Source: Yuukianura sp. NJ FZ-2021
Taxonomy: Eukaryota
DNA: 64,000 bases
Reading direction: 5' to 3'
Assembly (NCBI GenBank): GCA_046563655.1
Contig: CM102286.1
Location: 1,612,001 to 1,676,000, forward strand
Shown here: piece by piece, positions 1-13,196 of the stretch
How the letters are laid out: every line of letters begins with the position of its first letter
Position numbering within the stretch: position 1 is the stretch's first letter
The notes under the pieces: model-generated
Databases searched by the model: none
What the model saw: only the letters and a program-made list of their open reading frames with translations
What the model was told of the DNA's origin: nothing
Translations under genes and position numbers: made by a program

Positions 1-1566
1 CTACTCGGGTAATGTTTTGGTGCAAAACCGCCTTTTACTGTTGTTCGACTGGCCTTGGTTAGGATTCTGCAAGTTCTAACTGAGTTTTGGCACAAAACGC
101 GGCGGATTTCAAAGTTGCAAAAACGTATTTTTGTGTCAAGTTCCCACGGTGCACATGGGATTCCGTTGTATCATACTCGTGTTTGGTGTTGTACCTTTTC
201 GCAACTTTTTTGAAACTTGTTTCAAATTAAGAATGTTTCAATTTTTTTCAAAAAACTTCAATTTCTTGCCTTGCGTTTTGAAATCTTGCCCAGCGTGTCA
301 TATTTCACAGGGCAATGACTTTAATTTAAAGTTACAAAACATAATTTATTGCTTCGTTGATTCAATTTATGACTTAATTTTCAAAATTATGTCAACTGCT
401 TTTTTTGAAAATAATGTGTACTGTTATTTCAAAACTAACCGACCTTGAGCTGGACTAAAAACTTATTATGTTAAACATTCATCTTCTAGGTAATTTGGTT
501 TTCATTTGAAATGTCAAAGGTCACGGTAAATTCTGAGCGGTTCTTACCGAACTCGGTTACACTTTTTGCGAACTTCGTTTTTTTTGGTACTGTTACATTA
601 CATGTCATGTTCTTGTCGTGTTAGTAGCTCTGACAAGGCAGCGTGAAATGAAAGGCATGCCATTAAGCTCAATCCGCTCCAAGCCAATTTCCAAATCTAC
701 TTTGCAATTAATCCTCGCATCCGTAAAAATTCAATTACGGTCATTTGAAGTTTGCTTCCGAAACTGTGCCAAGTGAAATCGTGTCACCTCAAACAATAAA
801 CGTTTCTTTCTAAGCTCATTTTGTTCTTCTAAATGCCTTTTTGAAAATGAGGTTACAGAAACTCAACATTTTGACAAGCGTCACTCAATTCAAAATATTT
901 CCTCACTAAAATTTGAAATGTGCAAAAATTTGCCGATTTTCAATTTATTGCTTTTACGTTTTTACTTATTTGTAAAAACTCGAACTTAAACATGATACAC
1001 GAGTTCTCACCTCCGAGGTCAGGAAAAACTCATAAAAATTAAACCTGTTTTTTGAATTTCCAATTTATTGCCATAAATTTATCATCGCAATGGCCAATGA
1101 CATTTGTTAATTGTTCACTGAATCTACAAGACAAGCTACACGCTACGCTTCACTTACACGTCAATGCTGTTGTTTTTGGTGTAAAAACTTGAAAAAAATG
1201 GACCACCTTGTTTAAACAATCTCAAATTGATTTTTGGCTCCAACTTTCAAACATAAAAAAACAAGACGCCACACGAAAACAAAATTTATTGGCAGAAAAG
1301 CAATTTTTGTTGAAAGAAATGTTTAATCGTTTTGCCAATTCAAACACCGACGCTGTTCGTCAAGGTTAAATATAATTTTGAGAAAAAAAAACAGAGAGGA
1401 AGAGGGAAATTTTAAATATTTGATGAACATTCCATAAAACACAAAGTCAAACTCGAAAAGCTATACTTTTAATTGACTTTGATTGCTTAATTTCTTGTTT
1501 TACATGTTCTTCTTTTTTGAATTTCTGTTCAAAAATTATGAATTTGTGATTTGTGTATAATTTCAG

Positions 1567-4500
1567 AATGCTCGGCTCATCAAAGGGCGGGACACGTTCA
1601 ATCTATGGAGAGGCGCATCGACTATGGCGGGTATCACGAAATTCTACATCTTCAATGTCACTAACCCGGACGAAGTTAAGGACGGTGGCAAGGCCAAATT
1701 GGAACAACTTGGACCATATACTTACGAGTAACTGCTTTTCTATCTATTTTTTCAAAAGAATGGCGCCAAAAGACAAGAAATTTAAACTGTTTCATCTCGG
1801 TTTTTGATAAAAAAAGAGGCATTCCGCACTTTCTTGTGCTTTATTGAACTGGCTTTTTGCCGTGTCAAGTGGTATACTTATGCACTTTACTCATACTCAT
1901 TCTCATTCTCATAAAAACTTTTCAGAAAAAAATTTTTTTGTGAAAAAAAATGAAAAAAGTGGAATTTCATTAGGGTTCACTTTTTTCAATGCCCACCAAA
2001 CACCAGGGCGAAAAGAAAGCAAAAAATTCATTTTATAAAAAAAAATCTATTTCGTGTTTAATTTTCAGTTCCAAGTTGTTCATCCATACTACACTTGTGT
2101 ACTAGTTAATTTAAGCTGCATTATGCATTTTGTATTTTGAAAGATTTTCGTTTTCTTTTGAAATTTTGAAGAAATGTTGGAGTGTTTTTATGAAACCCTG
2201 CGATTCAATTGCAGAAAATAATTAGCTTTTCTTTCGTTTCTTCCTTCCGCACTTAATGCAGTTCTTAATGACCTTGGTATTTGTAAGAAGCCACTCGTCA
2301 TGCCACTTTTTTGTTCTTTCTGTAAAAGAACTTCAAAAAATATGCCGTTACTCGGTTAATTTTTTTTTCTTGTAATTTTTTTCAAAATCTTTTGTAAAAA
2401 TCTAGAGAGAAGAAGTTGAAGGTTGACATTGAGCCAGGGGAGAGGAACAATTCTTTGCAGTATCGCAACAAGCAACTGCTCCACTTCCATCCCGAAATGT
2501 CAACCGGTTCCGAACAGGATGTGGTCACCATCATCAATGTCCCTGTCCTTGTAAGTGCATTGACCCAACAAAACTAACCTAATGCCAACATTTACTTTCC
2601 TAACCTATCTTCTGCAAAATAAAACTTCCAAGGTACTAAAAACCAAGGTTCATTGACAACAAAAAGATTTTCTTTAACAAGTTGGGTACTACCTCGCTTG
2701 TTGACAGAAAAACGAAAAAAAAGTACCAATTTTAGTACTACCCATCTGAAAAATTGTTACCAATTCATATGCCAAATTACAAACAAAATTCGGCTGTATT
2801 GTTATGACTACAATGCCCTGAAATTAAAAGGCACTTCTTTTTTTTGCAAAATTAAAAAAACATGAGATATTACCCAACCTGCTAAGGAAATCAAAATCAT
2901 CAAACCTTGTTAAAAATTAAAAATAAGAGTGAAAATGTAAATTTTTAACTTTCTGCTCAGATTCTTGTGAAACTGACGTCTGGCCTTGAAGATGCAGCGG
3001 GAATTCAGAGCGGGATGAATTCAAAATTGGTTGAGGCGGGAGAAGGACTTTTCAAAACAGCGTCAGTTCGTGACCTACTTTTTGATGGTGTCGGCATCGA
3101 ACCGTATTTGGATTTGCTCCAAGTACATGAATCCAATGACACGAAAATTCCAGATTCCTTTCTGGATGGAAAATATGCACTTTTCGAAGGAGTAAGTCAC
3201 TCATGTGCAGATTTTTGTGCAAATTTCAAGTTGCATGATGTAGAACGCGAGAGGTTTTGTTAACTTTTGTTGTGACTATGAATTCAAGTGGTGTGATGAT
3301 CAAAAGATGTGTAACGATGCATCCTTAATGTGTATACGGAAACCAAAGTGTGAGGAATGGGAGAGTCCGTTTGAGTCCTGTAATAAGATCTACCGCATCC
3401 TGTTAGAATGAGCTCCTTCAATTGTACTTTGATCACCACAAAATTGTACAACTTTTTTGTACAAGTTTCAAAATTGGAGGGAGTAACTTTTCGCTAACAC
3501 TAATCACAGGATTGTTCGGTCAGAAAACATTTTATGGCTTTCAGTTTGCGGAAAACCGTAGCATCCAAACGGAATTCTTCCAAATTTTTATGAAAAGTCT
3601 CAAGTACAATTTAGTTTTAATTTACAAAACTTGGTAATTTACAATTCAGTGAATTTTAGTTTGAGATTTCAAAATTTTGGCTTTGAGGAGAAATTCAGGC
3701 GAAAACTTTCTTAAATGCTTGGAATTGCAAAAGGCAAGTTTTTTTTTAAAAAAAAGTTTCCAAGTTTTTGATTGGTATGACTTTCTGCAGGAGAAGTTAG
3801 CATTGCATACAAAAAAAAATTGAGAAAATTTTTGTCTCACGTTTTTGAAAATTTTTTTTTTCAGAGAAATGGCACACAAAATGTCCTTTGGGAAATCAAC
3901 AGTGGGGAACACGACTCCCAGGACTTTGGTAAAATGTTGGCCAGGAACAACGAAACACTTTTACCGTGGTGGTCGAACGAAACTTGCAACAGCCTCAACG
4001 GTACCGACGGAATTCTATTTTCACCGTTCGTGACGACCGAAACGGTACTCACGGCATACAGTTTCGACATATGTCGGAAACAAAGTTTCATCTACGACTC
4101 CACCACAACCTTCAAAGCCACCAACGTACCGACGTACCGGTTCAAACCGGACATGAAAGCATTCCAATCAGTTGAAAACAATGCCGACAACTGGTGCTAC
4201 TGCGCAGAAGCCGAGTCGCTAGGTTGCATGCGCGATGGAATCGTGTCCATCTCTGCCTGTTCTGACGGCCGAGCACCATTTTCCATATCGCTGCCTCATT
4301 TTTATGAAGCAGAACCAACTTTGCTTGAAAACGTCGACGGATTGGAACCGAAACCAGAGGAACACTCCACCTCTATAGACATTGAACCGGTAATTAAAAA
4401 AAATAGTTTTTATCTTATATAAAAACAGTTTTTATCATATAAAAATATCTTATCTCACTTAATTCCGGTACTTCAACAGCCCACAGTTTGGCTTAGGTAG

Positions 4501-5461
4501 TAACAAGGTTACTTGATAACGGAATTGCATTTCCTACAACAGGTTGTCCAATAACTTCGGGTTTTTCAAAAATCTAGCTCCAAACAACTTTGAGCACCAA
4601 TTTTGTTTATACATTTTGTTTTTCAAACTTTGGACACTTGAAATCACATATGAATAAAATAAAAGTGGGAAAAAAATCAAAAATTTTCATAGAAATGGAA
4701 GCAAAGTTTAACCCGTTTGGTTTTCGAAAATTTTGGCAAAAATTGAGAAACTCGAGTTATTGGACAACCTGGTGTAGAAAAAACATTGTCTTTGTTTACG
4801 AACCTTGGGTAGTACCTAAAAGTAATAAACTAATTAAAAAATAGGAAATGCGCATGAGTTCTGTGAAATCTTGGAATCTGCACATGCGCACAGAAAGCTT
4901 CTTCGGATCCCGTTAGATTTGGTCAACTGATCTTGCCCATTTATGGGCTTTACTTTTTTGGTGGTGGTAATTAAGTGCCGCTTCTGCACGTTAATTGTTC
5001 CTACTCACTGATTTTTGTGTTTGTTTTTGTTAACAACCTTGGCAATGCGCATGACAAAATCCTGAAGTTTCCTGATTCGTCATCCAAAATCTCACTTTTT
5101 TCTAGATAACCGGAAAAGTACTGAAGGCAGTCAAACGGATTCAACTGAATGTGGATTTGGTTCCGGTGGAACAAATGCCCTTGCTTGCCAAAGTCAAGAA
5201 CATGGCGTTTCCTATTCTCTGGATCGAAGAGGTACGAAATTTTGAAAAATATTACAAAATTTTGAAATTTTGAACTTTTCAATTTAGTCGTACGAGTTGA
5301 CTGAGCGTCACTTGAGGTTCTATGGACAAATCAAGTACATTGGAGCAACTGTTGTGCAGTCAAGGTGGTACATGGTTGCTGCCAGTGGAATCTGCATTGG
5401 AATTGGTCTCTTCGTGGCCTTGCTCCACCGAGACAAAATTCCACATCAGCAATTGAAGTAA
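1567..5461 (+). CDS. CD36 / scavenger receptor class B (SR-BI/SNMP/croquemort family), 5'-partial
   Basis: Exons ~1567-1727, 2406-2550, 2961-3191, 3865-4389, 5106-5231, 5288-5461 with GT-AG introns. CD36 motifs FYIFNVTNPDEV..LEQLGPYTY, NGTDGILFSPF, DICR, NWCYC, SLPHFYEA, IDIEP-ITG..KRIQLN, FPILWIEE, then a C-terminal TM and TAA. The N-terminal TM exon was not found. Confidence 0.93.
4537..4774. mobile_element. Tc1/mariner-like MITE in a CD36 intron
   Basis: Terminal inverted repeats CAACAGGTTGTCCAATAACT / AGTTATTGGACAACCTGGTG, flanked by TA at 4535-36 and 4775-76. Confidence 0.75.
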
Positions 5462-6205
5462 AAATCGGCTACTGCGCATACCTCCTGCGCAACTCTGGTA
5501 AATCAAAGGCAATGTGCAGTAGATCAACTTTTAAGAAAAGAAATACGTAAATACTAGCTGTATAAATTTAGCAATAGTAAATGTTGTTACATCACAAAAG
5601 CTCAAAACTAGATCGACTGCAAGATGGAGTTGTAAAGCATGCGTAGATTCCTCAAGAAAAAATGGCGGGAAGCAAAACAGTTCCGTATTTTGAAAATTTG
5701 AGGTAAAGCAATACTTATGGCATAATAAAAACGTCACGTTTCTTCACAATATTTCATTTAAGATTTTGCGATGAAAACTAGATTACAAAACCAAGTTTTT
5801 TTAAATGATTTTTTTCAAAAGTATTTAAAAAAAAGAATTTTTTTGAAAACATGAAAAGTGTAAAAACTATGTAAAATTCAAACCTCGATTTTGTTTGGAG
5901 CGTTTTTGTATAAACGGAAATTGGATTCATTGTGCTTCAAAAAAAATTTAACTTGCATTTCTATTATTCTGGATTTGCAAAATCATAATTGATGTCAATT
6001 ACGCAAATTATTTGACAAATTACGACTTCTAGTTGTGTTGCTTTCAAGTTGCATGTACAAAAAAGTCACGATAGAGCTTCTGGCAAGGTCATAAGGTCAG
6101 CGGTTGGACGTGAAGGCGTTTTTTCTTTTGATTCACATTTGACTAGCAGCAGTCGAAAATTGACAGATTTTTGGCAAATTTTGAGAAAAATTTAAACATA
6201 AAAAA

Positions 6206-7031
6206 ATGGGGTTCAAACTTGGCTCTAAAATTGCCAAAGGAAGAAATCCTTGTATTTGCTTGAATATCAAAACAGGAGCAGCGTTAATTGGGGTTTTTGA
6301 ATTGGTAAGAGTTATACTGCATAAATTATGTGTAAATAAAATAATATATTATAAAACATAATAATTATATAATATTAATATCTCGTTTAGGTGTTATGGT
6401 CAGTCATAATGAGCGTGACTTCGGTCAACTTGTACAAAGTGTCTGGATTAATGGATGACTGGAAGGCCGAGAGTGAGCTTAAGCCTCAGTATCCAGATGA
6501 CACGGAAATGTCTTCGCCTGAGGTCAATGACCTTGGCCAAAGTCTATGTAATTAAGCATTTATAGTTTATTTACTTTTATGCATTAATTACAATTAATAT
6601 ATTATAATTATATGTATTTACTTTTTGTTCAACTGAATTTTCAGTGCGTGGGATTTTCGTGGCTCTTGTTGCTTTGGTGGCTGTGAGCGTCGTGAGAATT
6701 GTGAATGGCACATTTCTCATTTTGGGAATTGTGATGGTTTGGACAAAATTTAAAAACCGCTTGCATAAATTTGTTTCAAAATTTGAAAATTTAACTGAAA
6801 ATTTAGAATTCGACAGTGCTGGTCGCAATTTGGATTGGTGTCAAAATCTTATCTTTTGTTTTGACCATGGGATTCTTCGTGACCGCTCTGGCCAATGGCA
6901 CGGCTACGTTTGAACTGGATGTAATGTACGCCGTTAGTGTGATCGTGACGGCCTACTTCTTGTGGGTTGTGATCGCTATGCATGGAGTTATGAAAATGGA
7001 AAATCAACCGAAATCACATACCAAAGTCTAA
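6206..7031 (+). CDS. small four-transmembrane protein (LAPTM/DUF4728-like)
   Basis: Four exons (~6206-6304, 6392-6547, 6644-6736, 6808-7031). N-terminal PCICLNIKTGAALIG motif followed by four hydrophobic helices. Confidence 0.7.
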
Positions 7032-7381
7032 AGGTTCAAAAAAACTGTAAATCATTCAAAAATTTATTTTTAATTTTATGTTCATTTTGTAGATCTTTTG
7101 AAACGGAAAGACCAACAAACCAGTAAAATAAAATTCCGCTTATGACTTTTCCCAAAAAAGTGACAAAATATGTTAACTTTCTTTGCCAATATTTCAGTAA
7201 TCTTCTTCTGTAAATGCAATCTGTTTTTCTGAATTCATGCATTATCAATCTGTATGTAAATATGTATTACTATTAATACACAAGTGGATGCTTCTTTCTT
7301 TATTAAGTGGAAGTTACTAGTTAGTAAAAGTGTTGGGATCCAGTTGACAAGTATTCACTTGCTAAAGTTAAATTCAGAAAA

Positions 7382-9793
7382 ATGGGGGTTCCTTTAGGTG
7401 CAGCCATGGTTACAGCAGTTTCATTTTTCTTTCAACTGGAAAGTCAGCACTTGATAGACATTGGGCGGAGGCAGTATGAAGCAAAACAGCGAGAAAAACC
7501 AATCCAAGCCGAAACAAACATATTTGATTTCATAGTCGGTAATCTACAATTCAGATTACGCTCTTTTTGTTTTCTAAGTTTTTTAAAACGGAAATTCCCA
7601 ATTTAAAAAAAGAAAAATTTCAAAAACTTGTTCAGTTGGTAGTGGTACTGCTGGATCCATAGTTGCTGGAGAACTGTCCAAAAAATTTCGTGTTTTGCTG
7701 CTGGAAGTCGGCGGACCTGCGCCAACGCTAACCAGAATTCCAGCATTCAGAACAATTGCCCCTTCAATTCCAGAAATCAATCACGAGTATTCTTCAGTAA
7801 AGCAAAAGCATGCTCTTAATCGGGTTAGTTCAACTGCATTATGACCTTTGACATTTAAATTTTATAAGTTCATGACCTCAGACCTTGACAACAGAAAGTG
7901 GAGCTATCAACTGGTAAAATGCTTGGTGGAACTCATGCCCACAATGCCTTGATTTACAACAGAGGGAACAGGTAGAATCTGATTAATTTTGTTTCTAAAA
8001 CTTCAAAAACTGCACAAAATTTGCAAAAAATTGTTGATTTAGGCGTGACTACGACACAATTGCTGAGTTGACAGGAGACGACAGTTGGCGCTACGACAAT
8101 ATTCTGCCATTTTTCAAAGAAATGGAAAACTACATGGGTCCATTTCCAGGACGTATGCAGATCCGAACTAACTTTTATTAATTACGTTAACTAAGATTTT
8201 CAAAAAAAATTACTTGAATGATAATGCACAGAAGTCAGTTTGTGTTTGTAGCGCAGCATGGTAAAACTGGTCCAGTGCCAATTCGAATTCGAAATATAAA
8301 AGAGCTTGAGTTATACAAAGAGGCTGCCAAGGAGCTTGGATGGAACTATTCTGATGCAAATGGCCCTCAACGGGAAGGCAAGAAATTTGGAAAATTTTGA
8401 ACAAGAAAAAATTAGTTTAAAAAAAATTACAATAATTTTTAAGGCATTAGTCCCCTGGATTTTACCCAAAGCAGAACTCGTGCCGTGACGACTTACAACG
8501 CCTACGTGGAGCCTTTTGTGACAAGCAGAAAGCTTCTGACTGTTCGCCCTCTAGCGGAAGTGACTCGAATTAAATTTAAAGGCACCACTGCCACTGGAGT
8601 CCAATACGAACAATTCGGAAAGTCGTTTAAAGCAACTGCGTTGAGAGAAGTCATCATCTGCGCAGGCGCATTCGGTTCGCCAATGCTTCTTTTCAAATCT
8701 GGAGTCGGACCTGGTCGTATGCTTGCTAAGGCGAACGTAATTTTTTTAATTTTGAAAATTTCAAAATTTGAATTTCTAAAATTTTTAAATGCTTTCCCGC
8801 TTTTTACCTTCTAATAGATAAAAGTGATAAAGGACTTGCCTGTTGGAAAGAATCTTTATGACCATTTCAAAGTCAAAGTCAACACAACAGTTCGACGCGG
8901 TGTTTTAACTCTTGCAAAAAACTTAAACAAGAACAATTTCTGGCGGGAATCTTCAAAACCAAATCGGCTCCTCACTAACCTTGACTTCCTTGCACAGGCA
9001 TTCTATGTAAGTAGTTTTGCCAGAAAAAGGAACGAAGCTGATTGGCCAGATCTTCAGTTCTTTCGAGAAAATACATTCGTAGATGACAATGGAAAAGTAA
9101 ATCTTGTTTTGTTTACGATGGTTGGACGACCAACGTCAATTGGAACCGTGAAATTGGACACGCGCGAGTATTTGAACGGCGAAAGAGAAAACACACGTCT
9201 CGCTCTCATAGATCACAACATTTTTGGCGACCCCGATGACCTGCTGCGTTTGTTAGAAGGTTTGACGCTACTCAAGTCAAAAATGAATTTTCAGTTTTGA
9301 ATTTTGAATTTCCGTGTTTTTTGAATCTGTTTCTTCAGGGCTTAAGCTGAATTTTCAATTGTTCAACACAACGGCACTGAAGAAACTTGGAATTAAACCA
9401 ATTCCGGACAAAGATTGCACAAATGGCGCGAAATTCAAGTCAGACGAATACTGGATTTGCTTCATCAGAAAATTTGTGACTACTCCTTGGCACCCTTGTG
9501 GTACGTGTCGTATGGGTCATCGTGGGAATACTGCAAATTCAGTGGTAGATACCAACTTTAAGTAAGATGCTAACAAAGTAACGAATTAATTTAAATATAT
9601 AAACTTATTTAAATTATATTTAATTTAATTTAGCTAAGAATTTAAATTGTAATTCAGGGTTCACGGACTTGAAAAGCTGAGAATCGTTGACTCTTCCGTA
9701 TTGCCGCTAATCACCAACGCCAACACCAATGCTCCTACAATGGCACTTGCTATGAAGGGTGTTAAAACGATATTAAAACAAAATCTGTTTTAA
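7382..9793 (+). CDS. GMC oxidoreductase (glucose dehydrogenase/choline oxidase-like), copy 1
   Basis: Spliced. [13 protein letters not shown] (FAD fold), [76 protein letters not shown]. Confidence 0.93.
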
Positions 9794-10275
9794 CAAGGAT
9801 TTTTGTGATATTATATTTTAATGTATTTTATTATTCTATATTATATTTTAACTTGCAACATGGACATAAACATACACGTGTAAAATATCTATGTTCTCAG
9901 GATAAGTGTAAAACATTTAACTGACAGATTTAGAACCAATTAATTATATAATTTAAATATTAATTAATATTAATTGAACTATTAATCAATTTAAATATTT
10001 TGCAACAACGTATTTAGGTCACTGACCTTTTAGTGACCTTTTAAAAGGTCATGCGGAACTCATTGTTAACGGAGCGTTAATGGCTTTTTCTCGCAAAAAT
10101 TTTGCAACTGTTCTTGTGTAATGCGTTTTATTTTTTGAATCCATGAATTATAATCATGTATGTAAATGTATGGACAAGTGGATACTTTTTTTTACTTGTT
10201 AACTAGAAGTTAGTAGTTAGTCACAGTGTCATTAGTTTGACAAGTAATTTACTTTTTGAAGTTAAATTCAGAAAA

Positions 10276-12975
10276 ATGGGGGTTCCATTAGGTGCAGCCA
10301 TGGTTACAGCAGTTTCATTTTTCTTTCAACTGGAAAGTCAGCACTTGATAGACATTGGGCGGAGGCAGTACGAAGCAAAAGAGAGGGAAAAACCAATCCA
10401 AACAGAAGCAAACACATTTGATTTCATAGTCGGTAATTTACAATTCATACAACGTTGCGTTTTTTAAAACTGAAATTCTAAATTTTCAAAAAAAAGAAAG
10501 AAAAATTTGAAAACTTGTTCAGTTGGTAGTGGTACTGCTGGATCCATAGTTGCTGGAGAATTGTCCAAAACATTTCGTGTTTTGCTGCTGGAAGTCGGTG
10601 GTCCTGCGCCAACACTAACCAGAATTCCAGCATTCAGATCAGTTGCCTACACAATTCCAGAAATCAATCACGAGTATTCTTCAGTAAAGCAAAAACACAT
10701 TTTTAATAGGGTGAGTTCAACTGCACTTTGACCTTTAACCTTTAAACTTTACATCTTCATGACCTTTGACCTGGGCAACAGAGAATGGAGCAACCAACTG
10801 GTAAAATGCTCGGTGGATCTCACGCCCACAATGGCATGATTTACAACAGAGGAAACAGGTATAAACCAATTTTTTTCATCTAAAACTTCAAAAATTGCAC
10901 AAAATTTGCAAAAAATGAGTTAACTTTAGGCGTGACTACGACACAATTGCTGAGTTGACAGGAGACGACAGTTGGCGCTACGACAATATTCTGCCAATTT
11001 TCAAGGAAATGGAGAACTACAAGGGTCCATTTCCAGGATGTACGGCGCCTGAATTAATTTTAATTAACTACAACTAATTACAATTACTTGGACAAAATTT
11101 AATTAATTACGACTAATTTCAATTAAGTTGAATGAGGATGCGCAGAAGTCAGTTTGTATATTACAGCGCAGCGTGGCAAAAAAGGTCCATTGCCAACTCG
11201 AATTCGCAATATAAAAGAACTTGAGCTTTACAAAGAGGCTGCCAAGGAACTTGGATGGAACTACTCGGACTCAAATGGACCTCAACGGGAAGGCAATAAA
11301 TTTTGGAAATTTTGAAAACAAATTGGTTTTTTGAAAGAAAAAAACAACAACTTTTTTTCAGGTATTAGTCCCATTGACTTCATCCAAACCAAAACTCGTG
11401 CTGTGACGACTTACAACGCCTACGTGGAGCCTTTTGTGACAAGCAGAAAGCGTCTGACTGTTCGCCCTCTAGCGGAAGTGACTCGAATTAAATTTAAAGG
11501 CACCACTGCCACTGGAGTCCAATACGAACAATTCGGAAAGTCGTTTGAAGCAACTGCGTTGAAAGAAGTTATCATCTGCGCAGGCGCATTCGGTTCGCCA
11601 CTCCTTCTTTTCAAATCTGGAGTCGGACCTGCTCGTATGTTGACAAAAGCAAACGTAATTTCCCGCGTTTTTTAATTTTGAATATTTGAATGTGGGTAAA
11701 TTTTAAAATTCCAAAATATTCTCCCGCCTGTTACCTCATAATAGATAAATGTGGTAAAGGACTTGCCTGTTGGAAAGAATCTTTATGACCATCCCGCATT
11801 TCGCTACAACTCGACAACTGGGCGAGGTGTTTTAACTTTAGCCAAAAACCTCAACAAAAACAATTTTTGGCGGGAATCTTCAAAACCAAATCGACTCCTC
11901 ACTAACATTGACTATGTTGCGCAAGGATTCTTTGTAAGTAGTTTGGCCAAGAAAAGGAACGAAGCTGATTGGCCAGATCTTCTGTTCTCTCGTCTCCCAA
12001 CATTTGTAGACGACAATGGAAAAGTGAATGTCATTTTGACTATGATTGTTGGACGACCGACGTCAGTTGGCACATTGAAATTGAACACGCGCCAATATTT
12101 GAATGGGGAAAGAGAAAACACGCGCCTTGCTCTCATTGACAACAAATACCTTAGTGACCCCGATGACCTCCAGCGTCTTGTAGAAGGTATGCAGTACTCT
12201 AAAAAAATGTTCTGAATTTTGAATTTCCGTCTTTTTTGATTATGTTTGTGCAGGGCTAAACCTAAATCATCAGTTGTTTAACACTACGGCTCTGAGAAAA
12301 CTTGGAATTGAGGTTGTACCGGACAAAGATTGCACAAAAAGCGCGAAATTCAAATCAGAAGAATACTGGATTTGCTCCATTAAAAAACATATGGATACAA
12401 CGCTCCACCCTTGTTGTACGTGTCGCATGGGCCATCGTGAGAATACTACAAACTCGGTTGTAGATACTAACTTTAAGTAAGATGTTAATTAACTAACTCT
12501 AGTTAATCTAAATAGAAAAATTATTTATATTTAATTTAATTTAGCTAATAGGGAGTTTGCGCTTCAAATCATTTATAGAATTTATAGAAAGTACAGAATT
12601 TAGCAAGTCCCGCCCCTTTTAACACCCCTCCACCCCTCTCGTGATTGGTCGATTTCAAATCCGTGACGTCACTTTCCAAACTTTTTTTGTTTATGGCATT
12701 TATAGAACGTATTTATAAATTTTGGGCATCTGAAAAGTTTAAAAAGTGACGTCACTTCTCACCGTAAATTCTATACTTTCTATAAATTCGATAAATGATT
12801 TATAACGCAAACTCCCTAATAATTCACATGGTAATTCAGGGTTCACGGACTTCAAAGGCTCAGGATCATCGACTCTTCCATATTGCCGCTAATACCCAAT
12901 GGAAACACCAATGCTCCAACAATGGCACTTGCTATGAAGGGTGTTAAAACTATATTAAAACAAAAGATGTTTTAA
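10276..12975 (+). CDS. GMC oxidoreductase, copy 2
   Basis: Same exon structure and motifs as copy 1 ([24 protein letters not shown]). Confidence 0.93.
12550..12817. mobile_element. MITE (possibly PIF/Harbinger-like) in the last intron of GMC copy 2
   Basis: ~50-bp imperfect TIRs AGGGAGTTTGCG...CGCAAACTCCCT with AAT on both sides. Absent from the homologous intron of copy 1. A related degenerate copy lies at ~53060-53370. Confidence 0.8.
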
Positions 12976-13196
12976 AATATGGAGCGTTCCATATTCTATA
13001 TTCTACATTCATATTCTATAAACTCTATAAAGTAAGTTGCAATTACTCTCTTCTATTTTTGACTCTATTAATTATAATTATGTATGTAAATATATGGACA
13101 AGTGGATACTTTTCTTCTTACTAACTAGTTACTAGTTCGTCACAGTGTTAGGATTCAGTTGACAAGTATTCACTTGTTAAAGTTAGATTTAGAAAC

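Noticed and set aside
1..1566. First (N-terminal TM) exon of the CD36 gene, and ORF 131-448
   Set aside because: No convincing exon was identified. It probably lies upstream of the window.
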